Positions 39,348 to 50,000 of a DNA stretch of 64,000 bases are shown here, in pieces. The notes beneath the pieces are model-generated. The model had not been told where the DNA came from. It saw nothing but the letters and a program-made list of their open reading frames with translations, and did not search any database. Origin of the DNA: an uncultured Ignavibacteriales bacterium (GTDB taxonomy: Bacteria > Zixibacteria > MSB-5A5 > GN15 > FEB-12); the NCBI GenBank assembly GCA_964464605.1, contig CAYXJN010000002.1, positions 62,001 to 126,000 on the forward strand. Direction: 5' to 3'. Position numbers and translations under genes: made by a program. How positions within the stretch are numbered: position 1 is the stretch's first letter; each line of letters begins with the position of its first letter.

Positions 39348-39379
39348 GACCCCACCTTAAAAGGTGGGGCACCTACGCC
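39348..39379 (-). repeat. REP-like palindrome, right flank of RAYT
   Basis: Minus strand GGCGTAGGTGCCCCACCTTTTAAGGTGGGGTC: GTAG tetranucleotide followed by a CCCCACCTT/AAGGTGGGG hairpin. Confidence 0.82.
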
Positions 39380-39452
39380 ATCAGATTAATAACTCCATTA
39401 TCTCCCCTCCCGTCCAAAAACTGACTGCCCTCCCTACCCCGTATATCATTCC

Positions 39453-39480
39453 TTGACTTACGATTATACGGGTCTATATT
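39453..39480 (+). promoter_or_regulatory. Putative sigma70 promoter TTGACT-N16-TATATT upstream of the S8 protease gene
   Basis: Consensus-like hexamers in the intergenic region. Confidence 0.5.
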
Positions 39481-39604
39481 AGCATGATACGCGCCTTTTT
39501 CGGCTCAGATTCGCATTCGCAGGTTGACCGAAGCAGGTTCATTTACAGCGAAGAAATCCATTTTACTGGCCGCCATGGCTGATACTGATATCACGAGGTG
39601 TTAG

Positions 39605-42600
39605 GTGAAAGTTTCAGAGAGTCACGCTACAATCATCGGTGAGAATCAACGTAAATCAGTACGATTCTTTATCGCATCGCTCATTCTGTTGAGTTTTACA
39701 ATCCTGTTTTTGCTTCTGTTCCCAGCAGTAACCAAGGCAACCTCCACTCCGGAAGCATCCGTTATTGAAGGGGAGCTTATTGTTCAGGTCGAACCGGGGA
39801 AAAACATCGGTTCCTTGACCAACAGTTTCACCAATAAAGGGATGACACTGGTCCAGCAGCTATCCCGCCGGATGAATATCTGGTTGGTTCGATACGATGC
39901 CACTGGTCTGAAAGCAGCCGATCAGGCAGATTTGTTAAGCGATGTGCGCCGTCACCCGGCTGTTGCGATTGCGCAGTTCAACCACAAAATGACGCAGCGC
40001 GCCACCCCGAACGACCCTTCTTTTAATCAACAGTGGGGCTTGCATAACACCGGACAGTCAGGCGGGACTGTGGATGCCGATATCGATGCACCCGAAGCCT
40101 GGAACCTTACTACCGGCGGTCTAACCAGCACGGGTGACACGATCGTTATCGCGATTGTCGATGGCGGGTTCGATTTGAACCATGTCGATATCCCCTATTT
40201 CAAAAACAGCGATGAAATCCCCAGCAACGGTATCGATGATGACGCCAACGGCTATGTCGACGACTACCACGGCTGGAATGCATACAACAATACCGGAAAC
40301 CTTCCGGGGAATGATCACGGCACTCACGTCGCTGGTATCGCCGGAGCCAAAGGAAACAACGGCGTAGGCGTTAGCGGCGTAAACTGGGGCGCGAAAATAA
40401 TGCCGGTGGCCGGTTCAACCAGCAGCGAAGCGATTGCAGTCATAGCATACAGCTACGTTCACGAAATGCGCTCCCTGTACAATGAAACCAATGGTAACAA
40501 GGGAGCATTCGTCGTTTCGACCAATTCATCGTTCGGTGTCGATTTCGGTCAGCCCGAAGATTTCCCGCTTTGGTGCGCGATGTACGACTCACTCGGTGAA
40601 GTCGGTATCCTTTCCGCCTGTGCCACAGCGAATCAGAATATCAATATCGATACACAGGGGGATATCCCTACCGCCTGCGAAAGCCCGTACATGGTTTCAG
40701 TAACGAATACCACCCGTACGGATGCCCGTAACTCCGGCGCCGCTTTTGGAGCAACGACAATCGATTTAGGTGCGCCGGGAACGTCGGTATATTCAACTCT
40801 TCCGGGGAACACGTACGGCAATTTAACCGGAACCTCAATGGCCACACCGCATGTCGCAGGTGCAATCGCGCTCTTACTGTCCGGAGCCTGCCCGAATCTG
40901 ATCAACCAATATAAAGCTGATCCGGGAACGTTCGCTTTGATGTTCAAAGACTGGCTTTTAGACGGTACCGATGCAAAACCATCGATGGCCGGTGTGACCG
41001 TATCCGGCGGACGGTTGAACGTATTCAACAGTCTTAATCTTGTGCAGTCATTCGCCTGTGGTGTCGGTATTCAGCATGACCCGCTTGCTGATACCGAGGA
41101 CACGCTGAATCCGTATGATGTCGTTTGCGAAATTATTGCCGAGAACCCGCTCAACCCCGACTCATTGCTGCTTTATTACACGGTTTCCATGACAACGACA
41201 ACCGTTGTGCTGACAGCAACCGGAAATCCCGATGAATATCATGCCCTCATTCCGGCACAGGACGCGGGTACGCAGATTTCTTACTATCTGCTCGCGGTCG
41301 ATAGTACCGGCGACGCAGACACGACCGAAACCTACAATTTCAAAGTTGAAGATTATGGTATAGCCCTCACTCCTGCTACGGCCAATGGACTGGGTGCATC
41401 GCTCGATACTGTCGACTACCTGATGACCGTCACCAATGATGGTGTCTTGCAGGACAGCTATTCCCTGTCGACCTCAGGAGCGAATTGGAGTACATCATTT
41501 TTAGATGATGACGGCATAACGCCGATTTCTGGCTCCCCGTCATTAAACGGTGATGCCACGTATCAATTTATCACCCGCGTTATTATTCCTTCCTCCATCT
41601 TCGGCGATAAAGACACGGTACAGATTATTGCAACCTCGAACGGAAATGCATCGTTTGCCGATACGACGACAATCGTGACTTCATCGGAAGGCACGCCGCT
41701 TGTCATTCCGGTGGAAGACCAATTCCCGGTTAACAGCTTAAACGGCGCAATCTGGATTCAAAACAGTGGTGCAGCAGTAACAAATACGTCAATCGCGCCC
41801 CCATCTTCTCCGTATGCGTTAAACCTGAACGCCTCCCCATCGGGTGCAGATACAGTTGCTTCGCAGATTGTCAATCTCACCAGCGCAACCGATGTCGCTC
41901 TGCAGTATCATTACGAACGCACGGGAAGCGGTGACTCACCGGAATCGGGTGATGATCTGTTCATTGAGTACCGCGATACGCTCGGTAACTGGCAGCTATT
42001 GGCGCGTCATTTCGGCGCTGATGCCGACATGACAGTTTTTGATTCAAACACGGTTTGGCTGCCGGGTAATGCCTATGGAACGGTCTTTAAACTTCGCTTC
42101 CGTACGATCGGTTCAACCGGCGATGACTGGTTTGTCGATAACGTAAAGCTTTACTCGATTATCCCACCGGAAATCCAAACAAGCTCGACGGGATTGCATC
42201 GCACACTTGTAACCAATGACTCTGCCACCGGTCGTGTCTTTATTACCAACACCGGTCAGGCGCCTCTCAGCTATACGGCATCGGTGATTGTCTCCCCCAA
42301 CCGCTCATCATCATTGTTTGAGCAATTGCAAGCTGCCGGACTCGTTGAACCGGCAACCCGCAGCTATCCGGAGGATTTGCAGGTTATCAATGAAGCGAAA
42401 GGCAGCAATAGTGCAATGTCTGCGGGACATCGTGTCACGCGAGACGCCGGCGGTCCGGATCAGTTCGGCTATTACTGGATAGATTCCGATGAACCGGGTG
42501 GTCCGACCTTTGCTTGGACAGATATCTCAGGAACCGGTACAGATATCACGACCGGATTGTCCGATGACAACTCCGTTGGTCCCTTCCCGATCGGATTTAG

Positions 42601-43465
42601 TTTTCCCTATTACGGCAATGTCTACTCGCAGTTTTATATCGGCTCGAATGGTATAGTCGGATTTTCAAGCGATAACATGGGTTCCCGTTTCAAAGCGACT
42701 ATTCCGACATCGTCGACGCCCAATAACATTCTTGCCTGGTTGTGGGATGATCTCGATCCGACCAACTTGAACAATCCCGGCGCAAAAGTCTATATGCAGA
42801 CAATTGGCAGTACGCTGGTAATTCAGTTTAAGAATTATCCGGAATATCAGGGTGCGGCAGGAGATGTTGTCAACGCCCAGGTAATTCTGGCCTCCGACGG
42901 CTCCATTACTTTCCAGTACCAAACGATAGCTCCCGCATTTGATGTCATGAGCTGCGCGGTCGGAATGGAAAATGCAGCCGGAACCGACGGACTTGAAGTT
43001 GCCTATTTAACCAGTTACCTGCACAACAATTTATCCATTCGTTTTTATCAGCCGTATCAATGGCTGACGATCAACACGCTTTCCGGTGTTGTCCTGGCGG
43101 GAGAGGTCGATACGATCATCGCCTCGATTTCATCGGCCGGTCTTGCGGAAGATGTTTACAACGCGACTGTTCGTATAGCCAACAACGACCCTGACGATAA
43201 CGAAAATCCGACCATAATTGCTGCCGACCTGCATGTTGTCGCAACCATTGCGATTTGCGGTGATGTTAACCATGACGGCAACGGCCCGACCATTGCGGAT
43301 CTTGTCTATTTGGTCAGTTATCTCTTTAACAATGGCCCGACACCGCAAGTACTTCAAGCTTGTAATGTGAACGGTATCGGCGGGATTACCATTGCCGATT
43401 TAACCTATCTCGTCGCATATTTGTTCAACAGCGGTCCACCGCTTAATTGCAGCGAACTAAAATAA
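39605..43465 (+). CDS. Secreted S8 (subtilisin-like) serine peptidase, multidomain, with C-terminal dockerin-like module
   Basis: GAGGTG SD; hydrophobic N-terminal signal; catalytic triad IAIVDGG / HGTHVAG / GTSMATPHVAG; C-terminal CGDVNHDG..TIADLVYLVSYLF...NVNGIGGITIADLTYLVAYLF. Confidence 0.9.
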   Translation: MKVSESHATIIGENQRKSVRFFIASLILLSFTILFLLLFPAVTKATSTPEASVIEGELIVQVEPGKNIGSLTNSFTNKGMTLVQQLSRRMNIWLVRYDATGLKAADQADLLSDVRRHPAVAIAQFNHKMTQRATPNDPSFNQQWGLHNTGQSGGTVDADIDAPEAWNLTTGGLTSTGDTIVIAIVDGGFDLNHVDIPYFKNSDEIPSNGIDDDANGYVDDYHGWNAYNNTGNLPGNDHGTHVAGIAGAKGNNGVGVSGVNWGAKIMPVAGSTSSEAIAVIAYSYVHEMRSLYNETNGNKGAFVVSTNSSFGVDFGQPEDFPLWCAMYDSLGEVGILSACATANQNINIDTQGDIPTACESPYMVSVTNTTRTDARNSGAAFGATTIDLGAPGTSVYSTLPGNTYGNLTGTSMATPHVAGAIALLLSGACPNLINQYKADPGTFALMFKDWLLDGTDAKPSMAGVTVSGGRLNVFNSLNLVQSFACGVGIQHDPLADTEDTLNPYDVVCEIIAENPLNPDSLLLYYTVSMTTTTVVLTATGNPDEYHALIPAQDAGTQISYYLLAVDSTGDADTTETYNFKVEDYGIALTPATANGLGASLDTVDYLMTVTNDGVLQDSYSLSTSGANWSTSFLDDDGITPISGSPSLNGDATYQFITRVIIPSSIFGDKDTVQIIATSNGNASFADTTTIVTSSEGTPLVIPVEDQFPVNSLNGAIWIQNSGAAVTNTSIAPPSSPYALNLNASPSGADTVASQIVNLTSATDVALQYHYERTGSGDSPESGDDLFIEYRDTLGNWQLLARHFGADADMTVFDSNTVWLPGNAYGTVFKLRFRTIGSTGDDWFVDNVKLYSIIPPEIQTSSTGLHRTLVTNDSATGRVFITNTGQAPLSYTASVIVSPNRSSSLFEQLQAAGLVEPATRSYPEDLQVINEAKGSNSAMSAGHRVTRDAGGPDQFGYYWIDSDEPGGPTFAWTDISGTGTDITTGLSDDNSVGPFPIGFSFPYYGNVYSQFYIGSNGIVGFSSDNMGSRFKATIPTSSTPNNILAWLWDDLDPTNLNNPGAKVYMQTIGSTLVIQFKNYPEYQGAAGDVVNAQVILASDGSITFQYQTIAPAFDVMSCAVGMENAAGTDGLEVAYLTSYLHNNLSIRFYQPYQWLTINTLSGVVLAGEVDTIIASISSAGLAEDVYNATVRIANNDPDDNENPTIIAADLHVVATIAICGDVNHDGNGPTIADLVYLVSYLFNNGPTPQVLQACNVNGIGGITIADLTYLVAYLFNSGPPLNCSELK

Positions 43466-43524
43466 GAGTAGAAACTCTGCCGATAGTATTATGAAAACAT
43501 CAGCCACCACTGAGGAGTCGATTC

Positions 43525-46500
43525 ATGTCATCTGAGCCATGTTGTTACCGTCCAGCGTTTCGTTTTAACCTCACCGCCGTTTTTTTTGTTTTTCTTCTTA
43601 CCTCATTCTCATTCGTTCACGCGGCTGAAAAACCGCAGTACGTTATGGCCGAGCCGTTCGTACTGATTGATCAGCCTGCAAAGGCCGGTATGCTGCAGGT
43701 TACACTGAACCGCTCACCGTATCAGTCATTGGCCGTAACAGAACATGTTCGCATTTCGCTCCCGACCCCGGACGGCAGCGTTCTCGTATTAGAACTCTCG
43801 CAATTCTCCGTCACGACCCCGGAAACGAAAGTGTTGATCGGCAACACCGGACAATCCCGTTTGTTGCCGACTTCGGCGACGACACTTTTCCGTGGTCAGA
43901 TAGCGAATGAACCGTTGTCCCGCGCCTATCTCGCTTTCGGTGAAAACGGCATGGTCAACGGCTATGTCACCAACGCCGCCGGGGAAGCGCTTTTTGTTTC
44001 GACAGAACCAAAATCACTGGCTACGAACCGGATAACGGTTGCCTATGCCGATGCCTTTGGTGAAGTCCCTGAATTCGTGGAAGCATGCGGCTTGAAACCG
44101 CCGACAAGCGCCGAAAAGGCATCCGGTGAACGCGCCAGTTCTGCAATTCATACCAACGCCGGTGCCCGGTTGATAACGATGGTGGCGGAAGCGGATGACA
44201 TGTACCTCGCTATATTCGCCAACGAAACCGATGCAGAGACCTATATTGTCCAATTGATGGGGGCGATTTCTGATATTTATGAACGGGAGCTTGCCTGTCG
44301 TATCCGTATAGACCGTATTCGTATCTGGCCGTTTGGTCCGGATGAATTCAACGCGGCCGACTTAGGTGGCTTTCAGGATTGGTGGTTGAACAACGAAGAT
44401 GATAACGGCATAAACATTGTTCACCTCTTCAGCGGCCACCGGGATCTCCCTTATGGCGGCGTAGCCTTTGTCAGTGGTTTCTGCGGCAACCCGGCCTTTA
44501 GCATCGGTGGATATCTGAACGGCCTTTTTCCGAATCCGCTTGGCGCTCCGGATCTGCGCAACTGGGATGTTATCGTCGTTGCCCACGAAATGGGACACAA
44601 CATGGGCACGTATCATACCCATGACGGCTACATTCCGACCATTGATGATTGCGGCAACGGCGTACCTTCCCGCGGCGGAATTATGTCCTATTGCCACACC
44701 CATCCGGGCTATACGAAAAATATCGATTTGAATTTCCATCGCCGAATACAGAATGTAATCAACCAGGAAATCATTTTAGAAGGTTGTCTCCCCCGCGACT
44801 GTAATGGAAATAATATTCCTGATCTCACTGACATTGCCCTTGGCGCGCCGGATGTAAATCACAACAACATCCCCGATGAATGCGAAGACTGCAACGGTAA
44901 CAGTATCCTTGACCCGGTTGAAATCAACGGCGGCGCGGATGATATCAACAATAACGGCATTCTCGACGAGTGCGAGCTGGACTGCAACAATAACGGCTTA
45001 CCGGATGAATATGAAGTCGCAGAGGAAATGGTACCGGACAGCAACGGAAATAATGTCCCTGACGGCTGCGAACCGGACTGCAACGGAAACGGCACAATGG
45101 ATTGGGCTGACATCGAAAATGGTACCGTAACCGACTATGACCGTAACGTTGTTCCTGATGAATGTCAGGACTGTGACGATAACGGCAAAAGCGACTGGAT
45201 CGATATGGATCGGCAGTTCAATATCTACATCGCCGATCGTGCTGATTATGTCCGTGAATATCACGGCTTAAGCGGCGTACCTATTACCAATTTGGGCGGT
45301 GGTGTTGTAAACAATCCGTACGATCTCATTTTTGGCCCGGATAACATGCTTTATGTAGCATCCTTCCAGACCGACCAAATTATCAAGATCAACCCTGACA
45401 ATGGAACATCCTCAGTCTTCGTGAGTGCCGGAAGCGGCGGACTGGATGGTCCATCATCCGTAATGTTCGGCCCAAACGGCAATCTGTTTGTTGCCAGTAA
45501 CGTCAACAGCAGGGTGTTACAATACAACGGAACCACCGGTGCGTTTATTAATGTGTTCACCCCGACCCCGACGAATGCACCGACGGGTCCGTACGGAATT
45601 GTATTCGGCCCAAATGGTAATCTATTCGTGACCTGTTCTGATAATACGGTGAAGCAGTACAACGGCGCCACGGGTGCGTTCATTAATAATTTCGTTTCCT
45701 CCGGCGCGGGCACCCTTTCCGGACCTCGCGGATTAGTATTTAAACCGAACGGCAACCTGTTGGTCTGTAGTTTCTCCAACAATAAAGTGCTTGAGTACAA
45801 CGGTACGACCGGTGCGTTTATTCAAACCTTCAATGATGCCGTCGCACCGACCGGTGCATGGGGAATTCGGATGGGCAGCAACGGCAGCGTTTTTGTCATG
45901 CGCTCAAGCGGTACGATCCGTCTGCTTGAATATGTTGTTTTAGCCGATGGTACCGGACGCTACTGGCGTCCGATGGAGCGTGATGATCCGGGGCTCCCTT
46001 CACCGACCGGCTTTGCCTTTAGAGGAGCGTCTACCATGCATGATTGCAACGGCAATGGCATTCTGGATGCCTGTGATATCGCCAATGGAACATCTCTTGA
46101 TGTGAATTTCAGCGGCCGTCCGGACGAATGCGAAACCGGCGACACCGATGGAGATGGTATCACCGACCTTGCTGATAACTGTCCACTGTTGAGCAATCCA
46201 TCTCAAACCGATTCCGACGGTGACAACCGGGGTAACGGATGCGATAATTGCCCGACAACGGCGAATTTCGATCAGGCGGATGCGGACGGCGACGGTGTGG
46301 GAGATGCCTGCGATAACTGCACCGACACCGATGGAGACGGTTTTGGCAATCCCGGTTTTGCTGCCAATACCTGCCAGACCGATAACTGCCCGACAGTAAG
46401 CAATCCGACCCAATCCGATTCCGATAATGACGGCTTAGGAAACTCCTGCGATGCATGCGCCAATGACCCCGCTAACGATGCCGACGGAGATTTGGTCTGC

Positions 46501-46812
46501 GGGAATGTTGATAACTGTCCGACGGTCGCCAACCCGGGACAACAGGATTCTAACGGAGATAACATCGGCGATGCCTGCTGTTGTATCGGCGTCCGAGGGA
46601 ATGTGAATGGTGATGCGTCCCAAGCTGTTACGGTTCAGGACATCGTACGCTTAGTGAATTACCTCTTTGGACAGGTTTTAGTACCCCTACCCTGCCCGGC
46701 AGAAGCAAATGCCAACGGGGATACGAATGGAAGCATAACAGTTGCGGATCTAACGTATCTCGTACAGTTCCTGTTTGGCGGTACGGGAGTTCAGCTGCCG
46801 GCGTGTCCATAA
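43525..46812 (+). CDS. Secreted M12/reprolysin-like zinc metallopeptidase with Cys-Asp repeats, beta-propeller, TSP3-like repeats and dockerin-like C-terminus
   Basis: HEMGHNMGTYH zinc motif plus Met-turn GIMSYCH; DCNGNxxxDxC repeats; FGPNGNLFV NHL-like repeats; DNCP/DxDGDG TSP3-like repeats; RGNVNGD...TVADLTYLVQFLF. Confidence 0.88.
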   Translation: MSSEPCCYRPAFRFNLTAVFFVFLLTSFSFVHAAEKPQYVMAEPFVLIDQPAKAGMLQVTLNRSPYQSLAVTEHVRISLPTPDGSVLVLELSQFSVTTPETKVLIGNTGQSRLLPTSATTLFRGQIANEPLSRAYLAFGENGMVNGYVTNAAGEALFVSTEPKSLATNRITVAYADAFGEVPEFVEACGLKPPTSAEKASGERASSAIHTNAGARLITMVAEADDMYLAIFANETDAETYIVQLMGAISDIYERELACRIRIDRIRIWPFGPDEFNAADLGGFQDWWLNNEDDNGINIVHLFSGHRDLPYGGVAFVSGFCGNPAFSIGGYLNGLFPNPLGAPDLRNWDVIVVAHEMGHNMGTYHTHDGYIPTIDDCGNGVPSRGGIMSYCHTHPGYTKNIDLNFHRRIQNVINQEIILEGCLPRDCNGNNIPDLTDIALGAPDVNHNNIPDECEDCNGNSILDPVEINGGADDINNNGILDECELDCNNNGLPDEYEVAEEMVPDSNGNNVPDGCEPDCNGNGTMDWADIENGTVTDYDRNVVPDECQDCDDNGKSDWIDMDRQFNIYIADRADYVREYHGLSGVPITNLGGGVVNNPYDLIFGPDNMLYVASFQTDQIIKINPDNGTSSVFVSAGSGGLDGPSSVMFGPNGNLFVASNVNSRVLQYNGTTGAFINVFTPTPTNAPTGPYGIVFGPNGNLFVTCSDNTVKQYNGATGAFINNFVSSGAGTLSGPRGLVFKPNGNLLVCSFSNNKVLEYNGTTGAFIQTFNDAVAPTGAWGIRMGSNGSVFVMRSSGTIRLLEYVVLADGTGRYWRPMERDDPGLPSPTGFAFRGASTMHDCNGNGILDACDIANGTSLDVNFSGRPDECETGDTDGDGITDLADNCPLLSNPSQTDSDGDNRGNGCDNCPTTANFDQADADGDGVGDACDNCTDTDGDGFGNPGFAANTCQTDNCPTVSNPTQSDSDNDGLGNSCDACANDPANDADGDLVCGNVDNCPTVANPGQQDSNGDNIGDACCCIGVRGNVNGDASQAVTVQDIVRLVNYLFGQVLVPLPCPAEANANGDTNGSITVADLTYLVQFLFGGTGVQLPACP

Positions 46813-46934
46813 TGAAACAGCATCCCAAAATGGAACGGAGCACAAAAAGTAGGGGAAATAGCCCTATGCGTGATAATGGGAAGTATCCTCGTTGTCGACA
46901 TATAAATCAAACGTGTTCGAGATGGTTATTTAAC

Positions 46935-46963
46935 TTGACATTGCGCGGGTCACCAGCTAATTT
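46935..46963 (+). promoter_or_regulatory. Putative sigma70 promoter TTGACA-N17-TAATTT for the SBBP gene, overlapped by an inverted repeat
   Basis: Perfect -35 and 17-nt spacer; IR at 46953-46988. Confidence 0.55.
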
Positions 46964-47040
46964 AGTTATGTAACATAAACTTAGCTGGCCCCACCAGCAT
47001 TTCTCGAAACAAACGAACCGTCCAACAATTGGAGTCCTTT

Positions 47041-50000
47041 GTGAGCGCACCACAGAAGACCGCAAGTTTAGTTGTAGTTTGTTCTTTGGGTTTAGTTTTA
47101 CTCCTCTTGCCCATAGCGCTTGATGCTCGTAAGTCTCGCGTTACTCTCTCCTCGGATTCACCAACATCGATAGCATCCGAACAAGGATCGACGGGTGCCG
47201 AGCGTCTCTCGTTTATTGCGAACGAAGGACAGTATGACCAATCCGTCCGTTTCCGTGCCGATGCCGGCCCAACCACACTTTGGTTTACCGACAATGCGAT
47301 CTTCTATCAGTTAACCAAAACAGAACCTGAAGACATCTTCGATGCAAATGACGCATCTTCTGTTAACACCCATTCGCCACGTAACGAACATTTTCAGCTA
47401 GTTAAGGTCTCATTACAAAACTCGCTGCCAAACCCGCTCATTACCGGTAGCGACAAACAAACTGCCGTTCACAATTATTTCATTGGGAACACGCCGGAAA
47501 ACTGGCATGCCAATGTTCCGCTTTATTCGACGATTACGTATGCCAAAGTGTATCCCGGTATTGATCTGGTGTACTACGGGACAAATGAATACGTAGAATA
47601 TGATTTTCGTATAGAACCGGGGGCAAACCCATCCGATATTCAACTTACCTATGAAGGTATTCAGGGGTTATCGGTAACCAAAGATGGTGAACTCGCGGTT
47701 CAAACAGCCTTAGGAACAGTCATTGAAGGGCGCCCTGTTGTCTTTCAAACCAATAAAAAAGGTAAACGTACTGATATTCGCAGTGAATATGTCTTGAAAT
47801 CAGCAAATACGATTTCCTTTAAAATCGGTCACGGATACGACCCCAAACTTCCCCTGACTATTGACCCGGTTATTCGCTTCAGCACATTCCTTGGTGGAAC
47901 GGCGAATGATTTTGGCCGTAACGTTGCAGTTAATACAACAAGAAACGCTTTTGTTGTCGGCTATACAGCTGCAAGTAACTTCCCGGTTCAAGCAGCCTGG
48001 GACGGTACGTTTGCCGGAGGAGGCAGCGGTTCGTATGATGCATTCTTGAGTAAATTCAGTAATGACGGCGATTCACTGATTTTCAGCACTTTCTTCGGAG
48101 GCGCCACAGGCGAAGACAAAGCTTTCTCAGTTGATATAGCTACCAACGGACGCGCTACTGTTACCGGCTCTACCGGCTCTACCGACTTTCCGACCGCGAA
48201 TCCGTTTCAGGGAAGCAACGGCGGCGGCATCGACGCATTCGTCGTTCAATTCTCAGTCAACGGTGACACACTACGCTTAGGAACCTATCTCGGCGGCACA
48301 GGAACGGATGAAGGAATCGATATCGCGCTTAATTCAAGCAACCTTATCCATGTTGCCGGATACACACTTTCTTCGAATTTCCCGCTCATGGTGGCATATG
48401 ATAACTCTCTCGGTGGAACGAGAGATGGGTTTGTAACGAAGTTTTCGGCACCCGGAGCAACCCTCGCTTTTAGCACGTTTCTCGGCGGTTCGCTCACTGA
48501 CGATCTGTACGGTATCGCTATTGATAAGACCAACAACATCTATGTTGCCGGCAGCAGCACGTCAAATGATTTCCCGAAAATCAATGCGTACGACAGCTCC
48601 TTTAACGGCGGAACAGGCAGCGGTGATATAGTTGTAGCGAAATTTGCCTCTGCCGGTGGTACGCCAACTTATTCTACCTATATCGGGACTTCCGGTGATG
48701 AAGCGGCACTCGACATCGCCGTCGATACGTTAAATCGCCCGTATATATGCGGCTACACGTCATCTGCTTCGTACCCTCTGACAAACGCAGCTGATACTAC
48801 ATTCCAAGGTTCATTTGAGGGTATTGTCACCCGCCTTAGTTCATCTGGAACCTCACTTAGCTATTCCACCTTCCTCGGTGGCAGTGCAAATGACTTCGTA
48901 AATTCGATTGCTGTCGATAATTTTGGACAGACCTATGTAACCGGCAACACCACCTCAGCGTCCGGTTTCCCGCTCGCTGACGCTTTTCAGTCGACCTTGC
49001 TCGGTACCGGGGACGCTTTCATTACCTGCCTAAACTTAGCCGGCAACGGTTACGTTTACAGTACTCTTTTGGGCGGTCAATTTCAAGATTTCGGCTACGG
49101 CATCGCGATTGATGTCAGCACCGATTCAATGGCCTATGTTACGGGATACACCGGGTCCGGCAATTTCCCATTATTGAACCCATTCCAAAACATTTTAGGC
49201 GGTAGTTCAGACGCTTTCCTTACGGCTATTTCGACGACTCCGTATATCTGCTTTGACAGTGATCAAGACGGATACGGTGACCCGGGCCATCCGGAAAATG
49301 AATGCCCTACTGATAACTGTCCGAGTGATTCTAACCCGGCGCAGACAGATACTGATTCCGATGGTTTAGGTAATCCCTGCGATAATTGCCCGACCGTTAA
49401 CAATGCATCGCAAGCGGACAGTGACGGCGACGGTATCGGTGATGCCTGCGATGTTTGCACGGACACCGACGGCGATGGATTCGGCAACCCCGGATTCCCT
49501 GCTAACACCTGCCCGCTGGATAATTGCCCTTCTATTGCAAATCCAGATCAGGCCAATGCCGACGGAGATGGGCTCGGCAACATCTGTGATGACTGTACAG
49601 ATACCGACGGCGATGGATTCGGCAATCCCGGATATCCAAACAATACCTGCCCGACCGACAACTGTCCGACAAATTCTAACGCATCCCAAACCGATACTGA
49701 CACAGACGGGATTGGAAATGTCTGCGATAATTGCCCGAGTAATAGCAATGCCAATCAAGCCAATGCAGACGGAGATGCCTTTGGTGATGCGTGTGATGTC
49801 TGCACCGATACTGACGGTGATGGATTCGGTAATCCTGGTTACCCGGCAAATACCTGCCCGGTAGATAACTGCCCGTTCGTTTTCAATCCCACGCAGTCTG
49901 ATACTAATGGCAACAACATTGGCGATGTTTGTGACGTCGGTTGTTGCGTAGGAATGATACGCGGCAATGTAAACGGCAGTATCGATAACAACATTACTGT

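Noticed and set aside
39484..39582. 32-codon ORF (MIRAFFGSDSH...) upstream of the S8 protease as a regulatory leader peptide
   Set aside because: No tandem regulatory codons, no SD, no terminator/antiterminator seen; the ATG is only 3 nt from the putative -10 box.
49249..49940. Near-identical nucleotide repeats as a CRISPR array or DGR template/variable repeats
   Set aside because: The repeats are in-frame protein repeats that differ mainly at synonymous positions, not specifically at adenines. There are no unique spacers of constant length and no cas or reverse transcriptase gene.
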